From: Desulfobacterales bacterium
Lineage (GTDB): Bacteria; Desulfobacterota; Desulfobacteria; Desulfobacterales; UBA5852
NCBI GenBank assembly: GCA_963674755.2
Contig: CAXXVS010000003.1
Span: 96,001-160,000, forward strand
Length of the DNA: 64,000 nt
Direction of reading: 5' to 3'
The translations under genes were made by a program, and so were the position numbers. This document shows, in pieces, positions 1 through 10,552 of the stretch; positions within the stretch are counted from its first letter, which is position 1; every line of letters begins with the position of its first letter. The notes beneath the pieces were generated by a model. That model was not told the origin of the DNA, ran no database searches, and saw nothing but the letters and a program-made list of their open reading frames with translations.

Positions 1-206
1 TATGGCACAGGTGGCTATCTTTGTAAAGCCGCGCCTATTGGGGATTTACCAGACTTTCCCAGCAAAGGACAATCAGTATGGGCGGCCTGCAAGGCGCCAC
101 GCCGCCAAGGGCCCATGCGGGTGCGCCGTTACCTTGTTTCTGTCCGGAGATAGCCGCTTTGGGTTCCGGCCGAGGCCGCAAGATGCCGTTTATGGATGGG
201 CACGAC

Positions 207-797
207 CTAAGCCATAGCCGCTTGGTAGCCCATTTCGAAAGCCTTGAGATTGGTATCCACAAAGGCCGCTTTGGTTCGGGTTTGGATCGCCTGCCGGATC
301 ATCTCCTCGGTCAGCGGCAAAATGCCGGTCTGGCAGAGTGCCCCCAGCAGCACGATATTGACGGACATGATATTGCCGGCTTCCCGGGCCAATTGGGCGG
401 CATCCAGAGCGATCAACCGGCTGGTTTTGGCCTGGATCTTTTGTTTGATCTCATCCAGGTCGGGATAGGTGCCCCGACCGATGGAGACGGTAAACGGCGG
501 CAGGGGTGCCATGTTGGAAATCACCGTGGTCTGCGGATTGCATTTGTTCAGCGCCCGCAGGGTTTCCGCCGGTTCAAAGCCCACCAGGACATCCGCTTCA
601 CCGTCGGAGATAATGGTGCTACGGGCATCTCCGAATACAATGGCCGATTCCACCACACCCCCGCGCTGGGCCATGCCGTGAATTTCGCTCATGCGCACCG
701 GGATGTCAGCCATCAGGGCCGCTTCGCCGAGTACTTTAGATGCCAGCAGATTGCCCTGTCCGCCCACCGCAACGATTATCAGACGTGTCGCTTTCAT
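207..797 (-). CDS. iorB: indolepyruvate:ferredoxin oxidoreductase beta subunit
   Basis: VGGQGNLLAS and SEIHGMAQRGGVV motifs; ATG at 797 with GAGGAG RBS; follows iorA. Confidence 0.92.
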   Translation of the reverse strand: MKATRLIIVAVGGQGNLLASKVLGEAALMADIPVRMSEIHGMAQRGGVVESAIVFGDARSTIISDGEADVLVGFEPAETLRALNKCNPQTTVISNMAPLPPFTVSIGRGTYPDLDEIKQKIQAKTSRLIALDAAQLAREAGNIMSVNIVLLGALCQTGILPLTEEMIRQAIQTRTKAAFVDTNLKAFEMGYQAAMA

Positions 798-838
798 AGT
801 TGCTCCTCGTTTTGGGACCACCGCCCGCGGTCAGGGGG

Positions 839-2695
839 TCAGGATTTCGATTTCACCGGAACGATGGCATTTTCCGGACACACCTGGGCGCAAAGGGCGC
901 AACCGATGCAAATATCCGGATCGATGCGCACCCGCTCCCCCTCCAGGTAAAAGGCCGGGCATCCCAGGTCGTTGAGGCAGTCCCGGTGATTGCGGCAGCG
1001 GTCCGACACCTGGAAGGGTTTGCCCTTCAATTGGCGCAACGATTTGGCGTAAAGCGCACATTTCTCCTGTGCGATGACCACCGATACCCCCTCGAATTCC
1101 ACCGCCGCCCGAATGGCGGCAATGCTTTTTTTCACCTGATAGGGGCGGATCGTGGTCACATGCCGGACACCCATGGCTTTGACCAGGGGCTCCAGGACAA
1201 TCTGGTTATAGCCCTCCAGATGCAGTTCCTGCATGTCGACGCCGGGGTTGGGTTGATGGCCCGTCATAGCGGTGGTCCGGTTGTCCAGGATAACCAGTGT
1301 CAGGTTGTGGTTGTTGAAAACCGCGTTGATCAGACCGGGCATGCCGGAGTGAAAAAAGGTCGAATCACCGATGAAGGCGACGACTTTCTGGGAAGTGGCC
1401 CGGGAAAACCCGCCGGATGAGCCGGTGGAGGCTCCCATGCAGATCACATAATCCCCCATGGATAACGGCGGCATGAAGCCCAGGGTATAGCAGCCGATAT
1501 CGGAAGGATGGATGACGTCCAGTCCCTCGGTGGCCTTTTTGACAGCGTAGAACGTTGCCCGGTGGGAGCAGCCGGCGCAGAGCGTGGGCGGCCGCTGGGG
1601 AGCTTCCGGCAGGTCGGAGAGATCCGGCACGGCCGGGGGCGGGCACGGCACTCCGAAATAAGCGGCCAGTTTGCCACGCACCATGGCCGGGTCAAACTCG
1701 TAGAGACGGGAGAACAGCTCCGGCCCTTTGCCGTTGATCGGTAAAGTCAGCCCCCGCTCCTGGGCAAAGGCTTTGACCGCCTCTTCCATGTAGGGTTCGC
1801 CCTCTTCCACCACCAGAACCTTTTCGCAAGCCGCCAGAAAAGCGCCGATCCGCTCCGCCGGCAGGGGATGGGAGAATCCGATCCGCAGCACGCGGACCCG
1901 CTCTTCAATGGCCAGGTCCTGGATGGCGTCGGCCACATAAGGATAACTGACGCCGTTGCAGATGATGCCCCAGGAGCCCCGCCCTTCCTCGAAGTTGTAA
2001 GGGCTCTCCTCGGCCATATGCTGCGCGCGGGCCATGTTTTCCAGCAGGCGGGCATGCAGCCGCCGCGACACGGCCGGCACCGTCACAAAGCTGAAAGGGT
2101 CTTTTTCAAAATGGCCGGCGGTCCGGGGCGGGGTCAAAGCACCCAGCGTCACCACGGCATTGGAATGGTTGATACGGGTGGTGGTGCGCAGAATGACGGG
2201 CTCACCCAGGGTTTCCGAAAGTTCGAAAGCGTAGGGTACCATGGCTTTGGCCTCTTCCACCGAAGACGGCTCCAGGACCGGCAGCCCGGAAAGCTTGCCA
2301 TAGTACCGGTTATCCTGTTCGTTCTGGCTGGAAAACATATACGGATCATCGGCGGAAAGGATCACCAATCCGGCCCGGGTGCCCACGTAGGCCAGGGTCA
2401 TGAGCGCATCGGCCGCCACATTGAGCCCCACATGCTTCATCATGCACATGCTGCGCAGACCGGAATTGGCGGCCGCCGCCGCGACTTCCAGGGCCACTTT
2501 TTCATTGGTGCTGTATTCGAAATAGAGGTCTGTTTCCTGGGAAATCTGAAAAAGATTGAGCGAAATTTCCGAAGAAGGCGTCCCCGGATAAGTGGAGGCA
2601 AAGGCCACCCCCGCCTCCAGCGCCCCTCGGGCGATGGCCTCGTTGCCCAGCAGGAGCAATTTCTGCCCGGGCTGGTCCGTCATCAATTTGTGCAT
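839..2695 (-). CDS. iorA: indolepyruvate:ferredoxin oxidoreductase alpha subunit
   Basis: LLGNEAIARGA, YPGTPSSE, SSQNEQD, ThDP motif GDSTFFHSG, C-terminal ferredoxin CIGCALCAQVCP. Confidence 0.95.
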   Translation of the reverse strand: MHKLMTDQPGQKLLLLGNEAIARGALEAGVAFASTYPGTPSSEISLNLFQISQETDLYFEYSTNEKVALEVAAAAANSGLRSMCMMKHVGLNVAADALMTLAYVGTRAGLVILSADDPYMFSSQNEQDNRYYGKLSGLPVLEPSSVEEAKAMVPYAFELSETLGEPVILRTTTRINHSNAVVTLGALTPPRTAGHFEKDPFSFVTVPAVSRRLHARLLENMARAQHMAEESPYNFEEGRGSWGIICNGVSYPYVADAIQDLAIEERVRVLRIGFSHPLPAERIGAFLAACEKVLVVEEGEPYMEEAVKAFAQERGLTLPINGKGPELFSRLYEFDPAMVRGKLAAYFGVPCPPPAVPDLSDLPEAPQRPPTLCAGCSHRATFYAVKKATEGLDVIHPSDIGCYTLGFMPPLSMGDYVICMGASTGSSGGFSRATSQKVVAFIGDSTFFHSGMPGLINAVFNNHNLTLVILDNRTTAMTGHQPNPGVDMQELHLEGYNQIVLEPLVKAMGVRHVTTIRPYQVKKSIAAIRAAVEFEGVSVVIAQEKCALYAKSLRQLKGKPFQVSDRCRNHRDCLNDLGCPAFYLEGERVRIDPDICIGCALCAQVCPENAIVPVKSKS

Positions 2696-2949
2696 GGCAA
2701 ATCCTTTGCGGGAATAGGGCAAAGCGCGCCCGGAGCAGCTCGCCCCGCAGCGCTAACCGACCGAATCCTTTTGTTAAGTGCTTCCCGCTTTATACCAGCC
2801 CCGAACCAACTGTAAAGCCCTTTCTCCGCAGGGGCCGAGACTGACGCCCGGCGAACCGGTTGAAATTCCTTTACAACGCTGCCACGCTGATTTAAAGATA
2901 AGGATTTCGCAATCTCCGAGGCAATCATCCCCCGATCGAAAGCAGGCTT

Positions 2950-3627
2950 ATGGAAGCACCGCCCGTCCTTGTCCTGGCAACGCGCAATGCCGGCAAAACA
3001 GCTGAAATCCGGGACCTGCTAAAAACTTTCCCGATCCGAATCTGCAACCTGGATGACTTCGGCCCCATACCGGAAATCGAAGAAGACGGGGCCAGTTTTG
3101 ATGAAAATGCCTATAAAAAGGCCCATTTCGCCGCCCGCGTGCTGGGTTTTCCGGCCCTGGCCGACGACTCCGGACTGGTGGTCGAAGCGCTGGACGGTGC
3201 CCCGGGAATTTACTCGGCGCGCTACGCCGGTGAAAATGCCACCGATGCCGACCGCTGCGCCAAGCTGCTCCGGGAAATGGAGGGCCAGGACCGGCGCCAG
3301 GCCGCCTTCGAATGCGTAATTTCCATCGCCGTTCCGGAAGGGCCGGCTTTAACCTACGAGGGCCGTTGCGAGGGACTGATAACGCGCCAGCCCCAGGGCG
3401 CGAGCGGTTTCGGCTACGACCCGGTCTTTTACTATCCCCCAAGCCGCAAGACCTTCGCCGAAATGACCATGGCGGAAAAAAGCCAGGTCAGTCACCGCGG
3501 ACGTGCCCTGCAGGAATTGCAATCCGAATTCGGCAAGGTCCTGATCTGGATCCGGCAGCATATGCCGGTTGTGGCGCGTTCCGGCTGTATCTCGGAAGAC
3601 GACGACGATCATCCGGCCAACACCTGA
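2950..3627 (+). CDS. rdgB: XTP/dITP diphosphatase (HAM1 family)
   Basis: ATRNAGK, ADDSGL, PGIYSARY, GFGYDP, SHRG motifs. Confidence 0.95.
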   Translation: MEAPPVLVLATRNAGKTAEIRDLLKTFPIRICNLDDFGPIPEIEEDGASFDENAYKKAHFAARVLGFPALADDSGLVVEALDGAPGIYSARYAGENATDADRCAKLLREMEGQDRRQAAFECVISIAVPEGPALTYEGRCEGLITRQPQGASGFGYDPVFYYPPSRKTFAEMTMAEKSQVSHRGRALQELQSEFGKVLIWIRQHMPVVARSGCISEDDDDHPANT

Positions 3628-3727
3628 CAGGGGTATGTACACGCCATATTGATTCAACATCCCCGCCGCGCCTGCCTGCGGCGGGCGCCGTACCACACAG
3701 CCGACCAACGGCTGCAGGGAGAGCATC

Positions 3728-5701
3728 ATGACTCAGGGAAAAGACTGTTCTGATATCGCCAAGGCCCTCGGCCGGATCGAAACCGAAGCGGCCGCCCGCG
3801 ACCTGTTCGCAAAGCGGCTCGACGCCGACAATCTGGCCAAAATCAATCACATTGCCACCCCCGCCATCCTTGTAAAAATAGCCAATGCCATTGCCATGTG
3901 CGATCCCGCCGCCGTCTTTGTGAATACCGGATCAGATGAGGACCGGGCCTGGATCAAACGCCATGCCCTGGAAAAAAGGGAAGAAGAATCCCTGCCCATG
4001 CCGGATCACACCATCCACTACGACCTCAGGGAAGAGCAGGGGCGCATCATCGACCGGACCTTCTATATCGTCGATCCGGGCGAGGCCGTAAGCTCCCTGG
4101 CCCTCAAGAAACTGCGACAGGACGCCCGGGAAGAAATCCGGCGGGAAATGACCGGCATCATGCAGGGCATGACCATGATTATCGGTTTTTACATCCGGGG
4201 ACCGGTGGGCGCCCAGGTGTCCAATCCGGCCCTGGAAATCACCAGTTCGGCCTATGTGTCCCATAGCGCAGAGATCCTCTACCGCAACGCTTTCGACCAT
4301 TTCGACCGCGAAGCAACCCGGCAGGGCCATTTTTACACCAACATCCACAGTGAAGGCTTGAACCGGCCTGAAGATCTGCCCCATGCACGGGTCTTCATGG
4401 ATCGCAACCACCGCACCACCTATAGCTTCAAGTGCACCTATGCGGGCAATACCCTGCTCCTCAAAAAAGGTAATCACCGCTTTTCGGTGGATCGTTCGGT
4501 CTACGAAAAGTGCGGCCACGAACTCGCCGAACACATGTTCATCACCGGCATCGATGGCCCCGGCGGCCGGATCACCTGGGTCGCCGGCGCGGCGCCCAGC
4601 GGCTGCGGGAAAACCACTACCGCCATGGCCGGCAACCACTTCGTGGGGGACGATTTGGCCCAGATGTGGATCGCCGAAGACGGCGGTATCCGATCCATCA
4701 ACCCGGAATGCGGCATTTTCGGCATCGTCGAAGACGTCAACCGGGAGGGCGATCCCATGCTGATGGACTGCCTGCGGAAACCCGGCACCGAAGTCATCTG
4801 GTCCAACGTGCTCATCGATGAAAACGGCGTACCCCACTGGAAGGGCAACGGCGAGCCCCAGCCTTCCAGGGGACGCAATTTCCAGGGTCGCTGGGAGGCG
4901 GGCATGACCGATGCCGACGGCAACGCCGTGCCCATCTCCCACCCCAATGCCCGCTGTACATTGGCCTCCACCGCCCTCGGCAATTATTCCCCCTCGGCAG
5001 AAGATCCCGCCGGCGTGGAAACGCGCATCATTACTTACAGCGGCCGGGACAGCAATACCATGCCGCCGGTATGGGCCGCCCGCAACGCCGATGAAGGCGT
5101 CGTGATCGGGGCCTGCATCGTTTCCGCGGCAACGGCCACGGAAGTCGGGGCCACCGGCGTCAAGCGCGCTCCCTGGGCCAATGCCCCTTTCATCCCCGGG
5201 GCCCTGGGGGATTATATGGACGCCCAGTTCCGCTTTTTTGGCAGCGCCCGGCTGGCGGCTGACAAACGGCCCGTGATGGCCGGCCTGAACTACTTTCTCA
5301 CCCATGCGGCCCGCGGCGGCGAGGGCAACAAACTTTTGGGCGAAAAGCGCGACGTCAAAGTTTGGCTGGCCTGGCTGGAGCGCCGGACGCATGGCGAGGT
5401 GGACGCCATTGAAACCCCCATCGGCTTTCTGCCGCGCTATGACGACCTGAAACCCCTTTTTAAGGCTCTCATCGACAAGCCCTATCCGGAATCCCTCTAT
5501 CGCCAGCAGTTTTCGTTATATATCGATAATATCCTGGCCCGCATCGCTTTGCAGATCGAGGCCTACCGCAAGGAAGAGAACATTCCTGCCACGCTTTTCC
5601 AGGTGTTGGAAGCCCAACAGGAGGGGTTAGCCGCGCTTAAGAAAGAATACGGTCCCATCGTAACCCCGGCGCAGTTGGACACCCGTAGCGCGACCCGCTG
5701 A
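3728..5701 (+). CDS. pckG: phosphoenolpyruvate carboxykinase (GTP)
   Basis: YAGN..LKK, LAEHM, PSGCGKT P-loop, VGDDLA, HPNAR motifs. Confidence 0.9.
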   Translation: MTQGKDCSDIAKALGRIETEAAARDLFAKRLDADNLAKINHIATPAILVKIANAIAMCDPAAVFVNTGSDEDRAWIKRHALEKREEESLPMPDHTIHYDLREEQGRIIDRTFYIVDPGEAVSSLALKKLRQDAREEIRREMTGIMQGMTMIIGFYIRGPVGAQVSNPALEITSSAYVSHSAEILYRNAFDHFDREATRQGHFYTNIHSEGLNRPEDLPHARVFMDRNHRTTYSFKCTYAGNTLLLKKGNHRFSVDRSVYEKCGHELAEHMFITGIDGPGGRITWVAGAAPSGCGKTTTAMAGNHFVGDDLAQMWIAEDGGIRSINPECGIFGIVEDVNREGDPMLMDCLRKPGTEVIWSNVLIDENGVPHWKGNGEPQPSRGRNFQGRWEAGMTDADGNAVPISHPNARCTLASTALGNYSPSAEDPAGVETRIITYSGRDSNTMPPVWAARNADEGVVIGACIVSAATATEVGATGVKRAPWANAPFIPGALGDYMDAQFRFFGSARLAADKRPVMAGLNYFLTHAARGGEGNKLLGEKRDVKVWLAWLERRTHGEVDAIETPIGFLPRYDDLKPLFKALIDKPYPESLYRQQFSLYIDNILARIALQIEAYRKEENIPATLFQVLEAQQEGLAALKKEYGPIVTPAQLDTRSATR

Positions 5702-5827
5702 GACAGGCTCCGGTGGTAAAGGCGGCATGCGTCTTACCGGCTGCTTTTACCAGAAGAGGACCTGCCCTCCGTCTGAGCATCGCCCGGCAGTTAAGAGAAA
5801 AGGACGGGGCAGCACACGCATCTTTAT

Positions 5828-7093
5828 ATGAACCGACCGAACCCTCAGGCCCAATCGATGGCCGCGCTCCTGAAGACCCTCTGTAGCCGGCGCATGCTGG
5901 TGGCCTTCATCATGGGCTTTGCGGCCGGTCTGCCGCTGCTGCTGACTATCGGATTGATGCAGGCCTGGATGAAAGATGCCGGCGTGGATCTGGCCGTTAT
6001 CGGGTTGATGAACCTGGTACAGATCCCCTATACGTGGAAATTTATCTGGGCCCCGCTTCTGGACCGCTACACTCTGCCATTCCTGGGACGCCGCCGGGGC
6101 TGGCTGGTCATCGCCCAGCTGGCCCTGATGGCCTCGATCGCCGGACTGGGCCTTTCCGATCCCCAACGCCACCTCGGTTTGATGGCGCTCATGGCCTGCC
6201 TGGTGGCCTTTTTCAGCGCCACCCAGGACATCGTCATCGATGCCTATCGCCGCGAAGACCTCCCCGACCACGAACTGGGGATGGGCTCCTCCCTCTATAT
6301 TTACGGTTATCGCCTGGGCATGCTGCTGGCCGGGGGTGGCGGCCTTATCATGGCCGATCACATGCCCTTTTTTCAGGTATATGGCATCATGGCCCTTTGC
6401 CCGCTGCCCTGCCTGGTCACCACCTGGCTGACCCCTGAACCTTCGGTTGCGGAAGGGACGCCCACGAGCCTGAGAGAGGCCGTGGTAGCGCCGCTGACCG
6501 AATACTTCCAGCGGCCGGAGGCTGTCTGGATTCTGGCCTTTATTCTCTTCTATAAAATCGGCGACACCATGGCCAGCGCCATCAGCACACCGTTTTATCT
6601 CGATATCGGCTTTTCCAAATCCCAGGTGGGCGCGGTGGTCAAGCTGTTCGGTTTCTGGGCCACCATTGCCGGCGCCGGCATCGGCGGCATCACGATTCTG
6701 CGGTTGGGCATTGCGCGCAGCCTGTGGGTTTTTGGCGTTCTGCAGGCCCTATCTACGGCCGGCTTTGCCGTGCTGGCCAGGATGGGCGACCACCTGCCCA
6801 CCCTGGCCGGGGTGATCACCTTCGAGAACCTGAGCGGCGGCATGGGAACCTCCGCTTTCGTGGCCTTCATGGCCAGCATCACCAACAAAAAATTCACCGC
6901 CACCCAGTATGCCCTGCTCAGCAGCCTGATGGGCATGCCGCGCGTCTTCGCCTCGGCGCCTACGGGCTTCATGGCAAAAGCCCTGGGATGGGAAAATTTT
7001 TTTATTTTCTGCACCCTGATGGCGATTCCCGGCATGCTGATGCTGACCAAATTCGCGCCCTGGACGCCTCATGGACCTCATCAGGAAGGATAA
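5828..7093 (+). CDS. ampG: AmpG-family muropeptide MFS permease
   Basis: GFAAGLPLLL, KFIWAPLLD, GRRRGW, SATQDIVIDAYR, TATQYALLSS. Confidence 0.9.
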   Translation: MNRPNPQAQSMAALLKTLCSRRMLVAFIMGFAAGLPLLLTIGLMQAWMKDAGVDLAVIGLMNLVQIPYTWKFIWAPLLDRYTLPFLGRRRGWLVIAQLALMASIAGLGLSDPQRHLGLMALMACLVAFFSATQDIVIDAYRREDLPDHELGMGSSLYIYGYRLGMLLAGGGGLIMADHMPFFQVYGIMALCPLPCLVTTWLTPEPSVAEGTPTSLREAVVAPLTEYFQRPEAVWILAFILFYKIGDTMASAISTPFYLDIGFSKSQVGAVVKLFGFWATIAGAGIGGITILRLGIARSLWVFGVLQALSTAGFAVLARMGDHLPTLAGVITFENLSGGMGTSAFVAFMASITNKKFTATQYALLSSLMGMPRVFASAPTGFMAKALGWENFFIFCTLMAIPGMLMLTKFAPWTPHGPHQEG

Positions 7094-7138
7094 GCCGCGC
7101 GGCTGGTAAACAGACCGAAAATGCTTATGTTCGGTTCC

Positions 7139-8917
7139 ATGCAACCCATAAAACCCGACGATAAAATGCTGACCCGGCGGCGGGAGCTGGCCGCTGAGCG
7201 GCGGCGCTGTTTGAACCTGCCGCCGGAGGAAGCCTTGGAGCAGATCCTGGCCTATCCCCAGCCGGCCGCCCTGGTGCATGCCTTTCCCGAGGAAGATCTC
7301 CATCTGCTGATCCGGGAAATCGGTTCGGATGACGCCCTCCCGCTGCTGGCCCTGGCTTCCCACAAACAGCTTGAATATGTGCTCGACCAGGAAATCTGGC
7401 AGCACGACCGCATCGACCTGTCGGCCACCACGCAATGGCTGGAGCGGTTGCTGCACGCCGAATCTTCCCCGCAGCGCATGGCCAATTGGCTGGCGGAAGA
7501 AAAGACCGATCTGGTGGAGCTGTTCCTGTTCCGCTCCATCGAAGTACGGATGCGCGAACACGATCAGGATCCGTCCGTCTTCGGAGCAAACTTTTTTTCC
7601 TATGACGATGTGTTCTATATCCGCATTCTGGCGCCCCCCAAACCCCTTGACCAAGAGACGGAGGCGAACTTATCGACCGCCCAGGAAACGGTTCGACACC
7701 TGCTGGACCACCTGGCGGAAAGCGACTATGTCCGCTTCCAGGCCATTCTGCTGGAAGCGGTGCATGTACTGCCGGCGGAAACCGAGGAGGAACAATACCG
7801 CCTGCGCACGGCGCGTCTCGCGGAAAAAGGGTTTCTGCCCTTTGCGGAAGCCGTGGGACTTTATCAGTCCTGGCACGAAGACGTTTTCCGGCACCGTGCC
7901 CTCCGGCAGAAACCCATCGCCCCGGACCATCCGGATCTCTATGCCCTGGTCCCCACAACCGTTCTGCCCGCCGGCAACCTTTTCACGCGTGCCCTGGAAA
8001 CGATGTCGTCCCCTGAGCAGCGGCAAGCCCTTCAGGAAGAATTGGCCGCCCTCTGCAACCGTATCATTGTCGCCGATCGGCAGGAAATCGAAAGCCGGGA
8101 CAACCTGGCCGCCATCGTGGCCAAAGCCAGCGGCTTTCTCCATTTGGGATTGCAAAAACTGCAGCCCAAGGAAGCGCCTTCCAGCGCGCCGGATGTCCCG
8201 GCCGCCACCCGGAGTCTGTGCCGCTACCATCTTGAGGGACTTTTTCGGCTGGGTTACGGTGAGGCCGTCGCGCTCAAGCAGACGGCCGAAGCCTGGGTTC
8301 ACCAGAGCTGGTTTGCCGGCCGCGGCCTGCCCCTGACCTTTTGGGGGGAAACCTGGCTGGGGGTCATTGGCGGACTTTTGATCAAGCGCCCGCTGTTTTT
8401 CGATAACGACAAGTCCGGCACATTGTACCGCGATTTTGCCGACATGGAAGAGATTGCATGGAGCCGACGCCAGCTCGACCAGGTCCAGCAGACCGACCGC
8501 TTGCTGGGCCGGTTGAATCCCGCCCTCCCGACCGGAACGATCCATGGCTTTCTGACTTATAAAAACCTTTTGTTGACCTTGTGGGCCCGCCATCGGATGG
8601 GCCTGACGGAAAATGGGCACCCGATGGCTTTTAAAGACTTTCGGTCCTTTTTCAAGACCCTGTTCCCGCAGGAAGAAGACCGCCCGGACGGGGAGGGGAG
8701 CCGCATCGCGGCTGCCCTGCGGACGGACTTTCTGACTTGGCTGGCCGATCGATGTCATCAACCGGCCGAGGCGCTATCAGAGGCCGTAGGACCGACCCTG
8801 GAAGCCCTTTTTGCCGAACTGGAAGACCATTATGGAAGGGTGCCTGCCGATCGTCTCGATCCGCGCTATATCCCCCATTTCCTGATCGAGCGGCCGGCGC
8901 CTTCTCACCCCAAATAA
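7139..8917 (+). CDS. conserved hypothetical protein (DUF6178-like)
   Basis: long helical ORF with coding-like codon usage; EEEQYRLRTARLAEKGF segment; family recalled from memory; start 7121 or 7139. Confidence 0.6.
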   Translation: MQPIKPDDKMLTRRRELAAERRRCLNLPPEEALEQILAYPQPAALVHAFPEEDLHLLIREIGSDDALPLLALASHKQLEYVLDQEIWQHDRIDLSATTQWLERLLHAESSPQRMANWLAEEKTDLVELFLFRSIEVRMREHDQDPSVFGANFFSYDDVFYIRILAPPKPLDQETEANLSTAQETVRHLLDHLAESDYVRFQAILLEAVHVLPAETEEEQYRLRTARLAEKGFLPFAEAVGLYQSWHEDVFRHRALRQKPIAPDHPDLYALVPTTVLPAGNLFTRALETMSSPEQRQALQEELAALCNRIIVADRQEIESRDNLAAIVAKASGFLHLGLQKLQPKEAPSSAPDVPAATRSLCRYHLEGLFRLGYGEAVALKQTAEAWVHQSWFAGRGLPLTFWGETWLGVIGGLLIKRPLFFDNDKSGTLYRDFADMEEIAWSRRQLDQVQQTDRLLGRLNPALPTGTIHGFLTYKNLLLTLWARHRMGLTENGHPMAFKDFRSFFKTLFPQEEDRPDGEGSRIAAALRTDFLTWLADRCHQPAEALSEAVGPTLEALFAELEDHYGRVPADRLDPRYIPHFLIERPAPSHPK

Positions 8918-10500
8918 CTCCAGGGCTGGGCCGGACGCCCCTCCTGCGCCCCGATGACTTCGAAGCATTTGACGGCCCGGTCGCCCAATTGCAGCGTGTG
9001 GGCTTCATCGATGTCAAACTGCTTGCGCACCGCCTTGAAGGTGGTTTCGCTGATCAGCACCTGCTCGGAGCGGGCCGAGCCGCAAACCGCTCGAACCTCG
9101 TTGACGACATCGCCGATAATCGAAAAGCGCCGGGATTTAAGCGCGCCCATGGCACCGGCCACCGCCGAACCGGTGGCGACACCGATACCGATCTCCAGCG
9201 GGGGCAGATCGTCGCGCACCCGCTGCTCATTTAAAGCGATCACCATCTGCTGCATCTCAACCGCCGTGGTCACCGCACGCCCGGGGTCGTCCGCATGGGC
9301 CATGGGAATCCCCCAGACCGCCAGAATCCGGTCACCAAGATAGTTGCCGATCATCCCCTCATAGCGGAACACCACCCCGGCCAGCTGTTCGAAATGGTGA
9401 TTGAGGAAGTCGATCACCCCCTCGGGATCCAGCCCGCGGGTCAAACCGCGGAAATCAATGATGTTGGCCATCAACAGGGATGCCGGATACGTGCGGCCTT
9501 CCGGGTATACGCGCAATTGACCGGCAACGACCATTTCGGCCATCTCGGGCGAGAGCAGTTTGCGGAACCGGTCGCGCTCCAGGGATTCACGGGTCACATT
9601 CTTGGCAATCTGTGAATTGCGGATGAACATGGCGGCCTTGTTGGCCACATTGGCAAGCAGATTCAGATCCTTTTCACGGTAGGGGTTGTAGGCCGCCCAA
9701 CGGTCGAGCACGATCACGCCCAGCAGTTCGTGTTCGTCTATGATCGGCACCGCCAGCGTGGCCTGGACCGGCGTTTCGATAAACTCGGGGGCCTCCCGGC
9801 TGGCGGCCAGGTTCGGAGACATGAGCACCGCGCCCTGGCCGTCTTCGGCCACGAGGTCCGCCAGGGTGCGGGAGATGGTCAGTTCATCATCCATGTTCTT
9901 GGTTTTATAGGCATGGACCGCAAATTCGCCGTCAAGAGCGACCAGCAGAATCACCCCCTGGTCGAAGTCGAGCACCTCGAAGGTGCGATCCAATACCCGC
10001 CCCAGAATAAAATCTACATGGAGGTCGAAGCCGATATCCCGCTGCAGATCGAAAGAAATGCGCAGGCGTTCATAATCCGTCCGCAGCATCTCTTCGTCGA
10101 TAATATTGGATTCGGGAAAAAACTTGTTCATCTGTTCGGGCGCCACTTTTTGGAGGATGCGCTGTTTAAGGACCTCTTCATCCTCCTCCACCCATTTGAC
10201 CTTCCGGGCTTCCATGCGCTCCCGAAAAAGGCAGCGGGTATTGCCAATCCGCAGTTCATCGCCGTCGCTGAGCACTTTCTTGCCTTTGACGCGCTCCCCA
10301 TTGACAAAGGTCCCGTTGCGGCTGCCCAGATCACGAATCGAAAAACCCTGCTGTTGCTCGGCCGTTATCAGGCAGTGCACCTTGGAGATACCGGCTTCCA
10401 GAATTTTGATCCGGTTCTTGGGGTGCCGGCCGATCACGTTGTGATCCGCCAGCTCGCACTCACTGCGGCCCTTTTTCGTAAAAATGTAAAGTTTCGCCAT
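8905..10500 (-). CDS. FHA-GAF-class III nucleotidyl cyclase-like protein with degenerate catalytic residues
   Basis: FHA motifs IGR, SKVH, DLGSRNGT; GAF LAVPI..LLGVIVLD; cyclase-like YLGD..IGIGVATG..IGDVVN. Confidence 0.85.
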   Translation of the reverse strand: MAKLYIFTKKGRSECELADHNVIGRHPKNRIKILEAGISKVHCLITAEQQQGFSIRDLGSRNGTFVNGERVKGKKVLSDGDELRIGNTRCLFRERMEARKVKWVEEDEEVLKQRILQKVAPEQMNKFFPESNIIDEEMLRTDYERLRISFDLQRDIGFDLHVDFILGRVLDRTFEVLDFDQGVILLVALDGEFAVHAYKTKNMDDELTISRTLADLVAEDGQGAVLMSPNLAASREAPEFIETPVQATLAVPIIDEHELLGVIVLDRWAAYNPYREKDLNLLANVANKAAMFIRNSQIAKNVTRESLERDRFRKLLSPEMAEMVVAGQLRVYPEGRTYPASLLMANIIDFRGLTRGLDPEGVIDFLNHHFEQLAGVVFRYEGMIGNYLGDRILAVWGIPMAHADDPGRAVTTAVEMQQMVIALNEQRVRDDLPPLEIGIGVATGSAVAGAMGALKSRRFSIIGDVVNEVRAVCGSARSEQVLISETTFKAVRKQFDIDEAHTLQLGDRAVKCFEVIGAQEGRPAQPWSYLG

Positions 10501-10552
10501 GCTGCCCAACCTTATGGTAACCTGCGTTCCGTCCTTGAGGCCCTGTCTCCCG

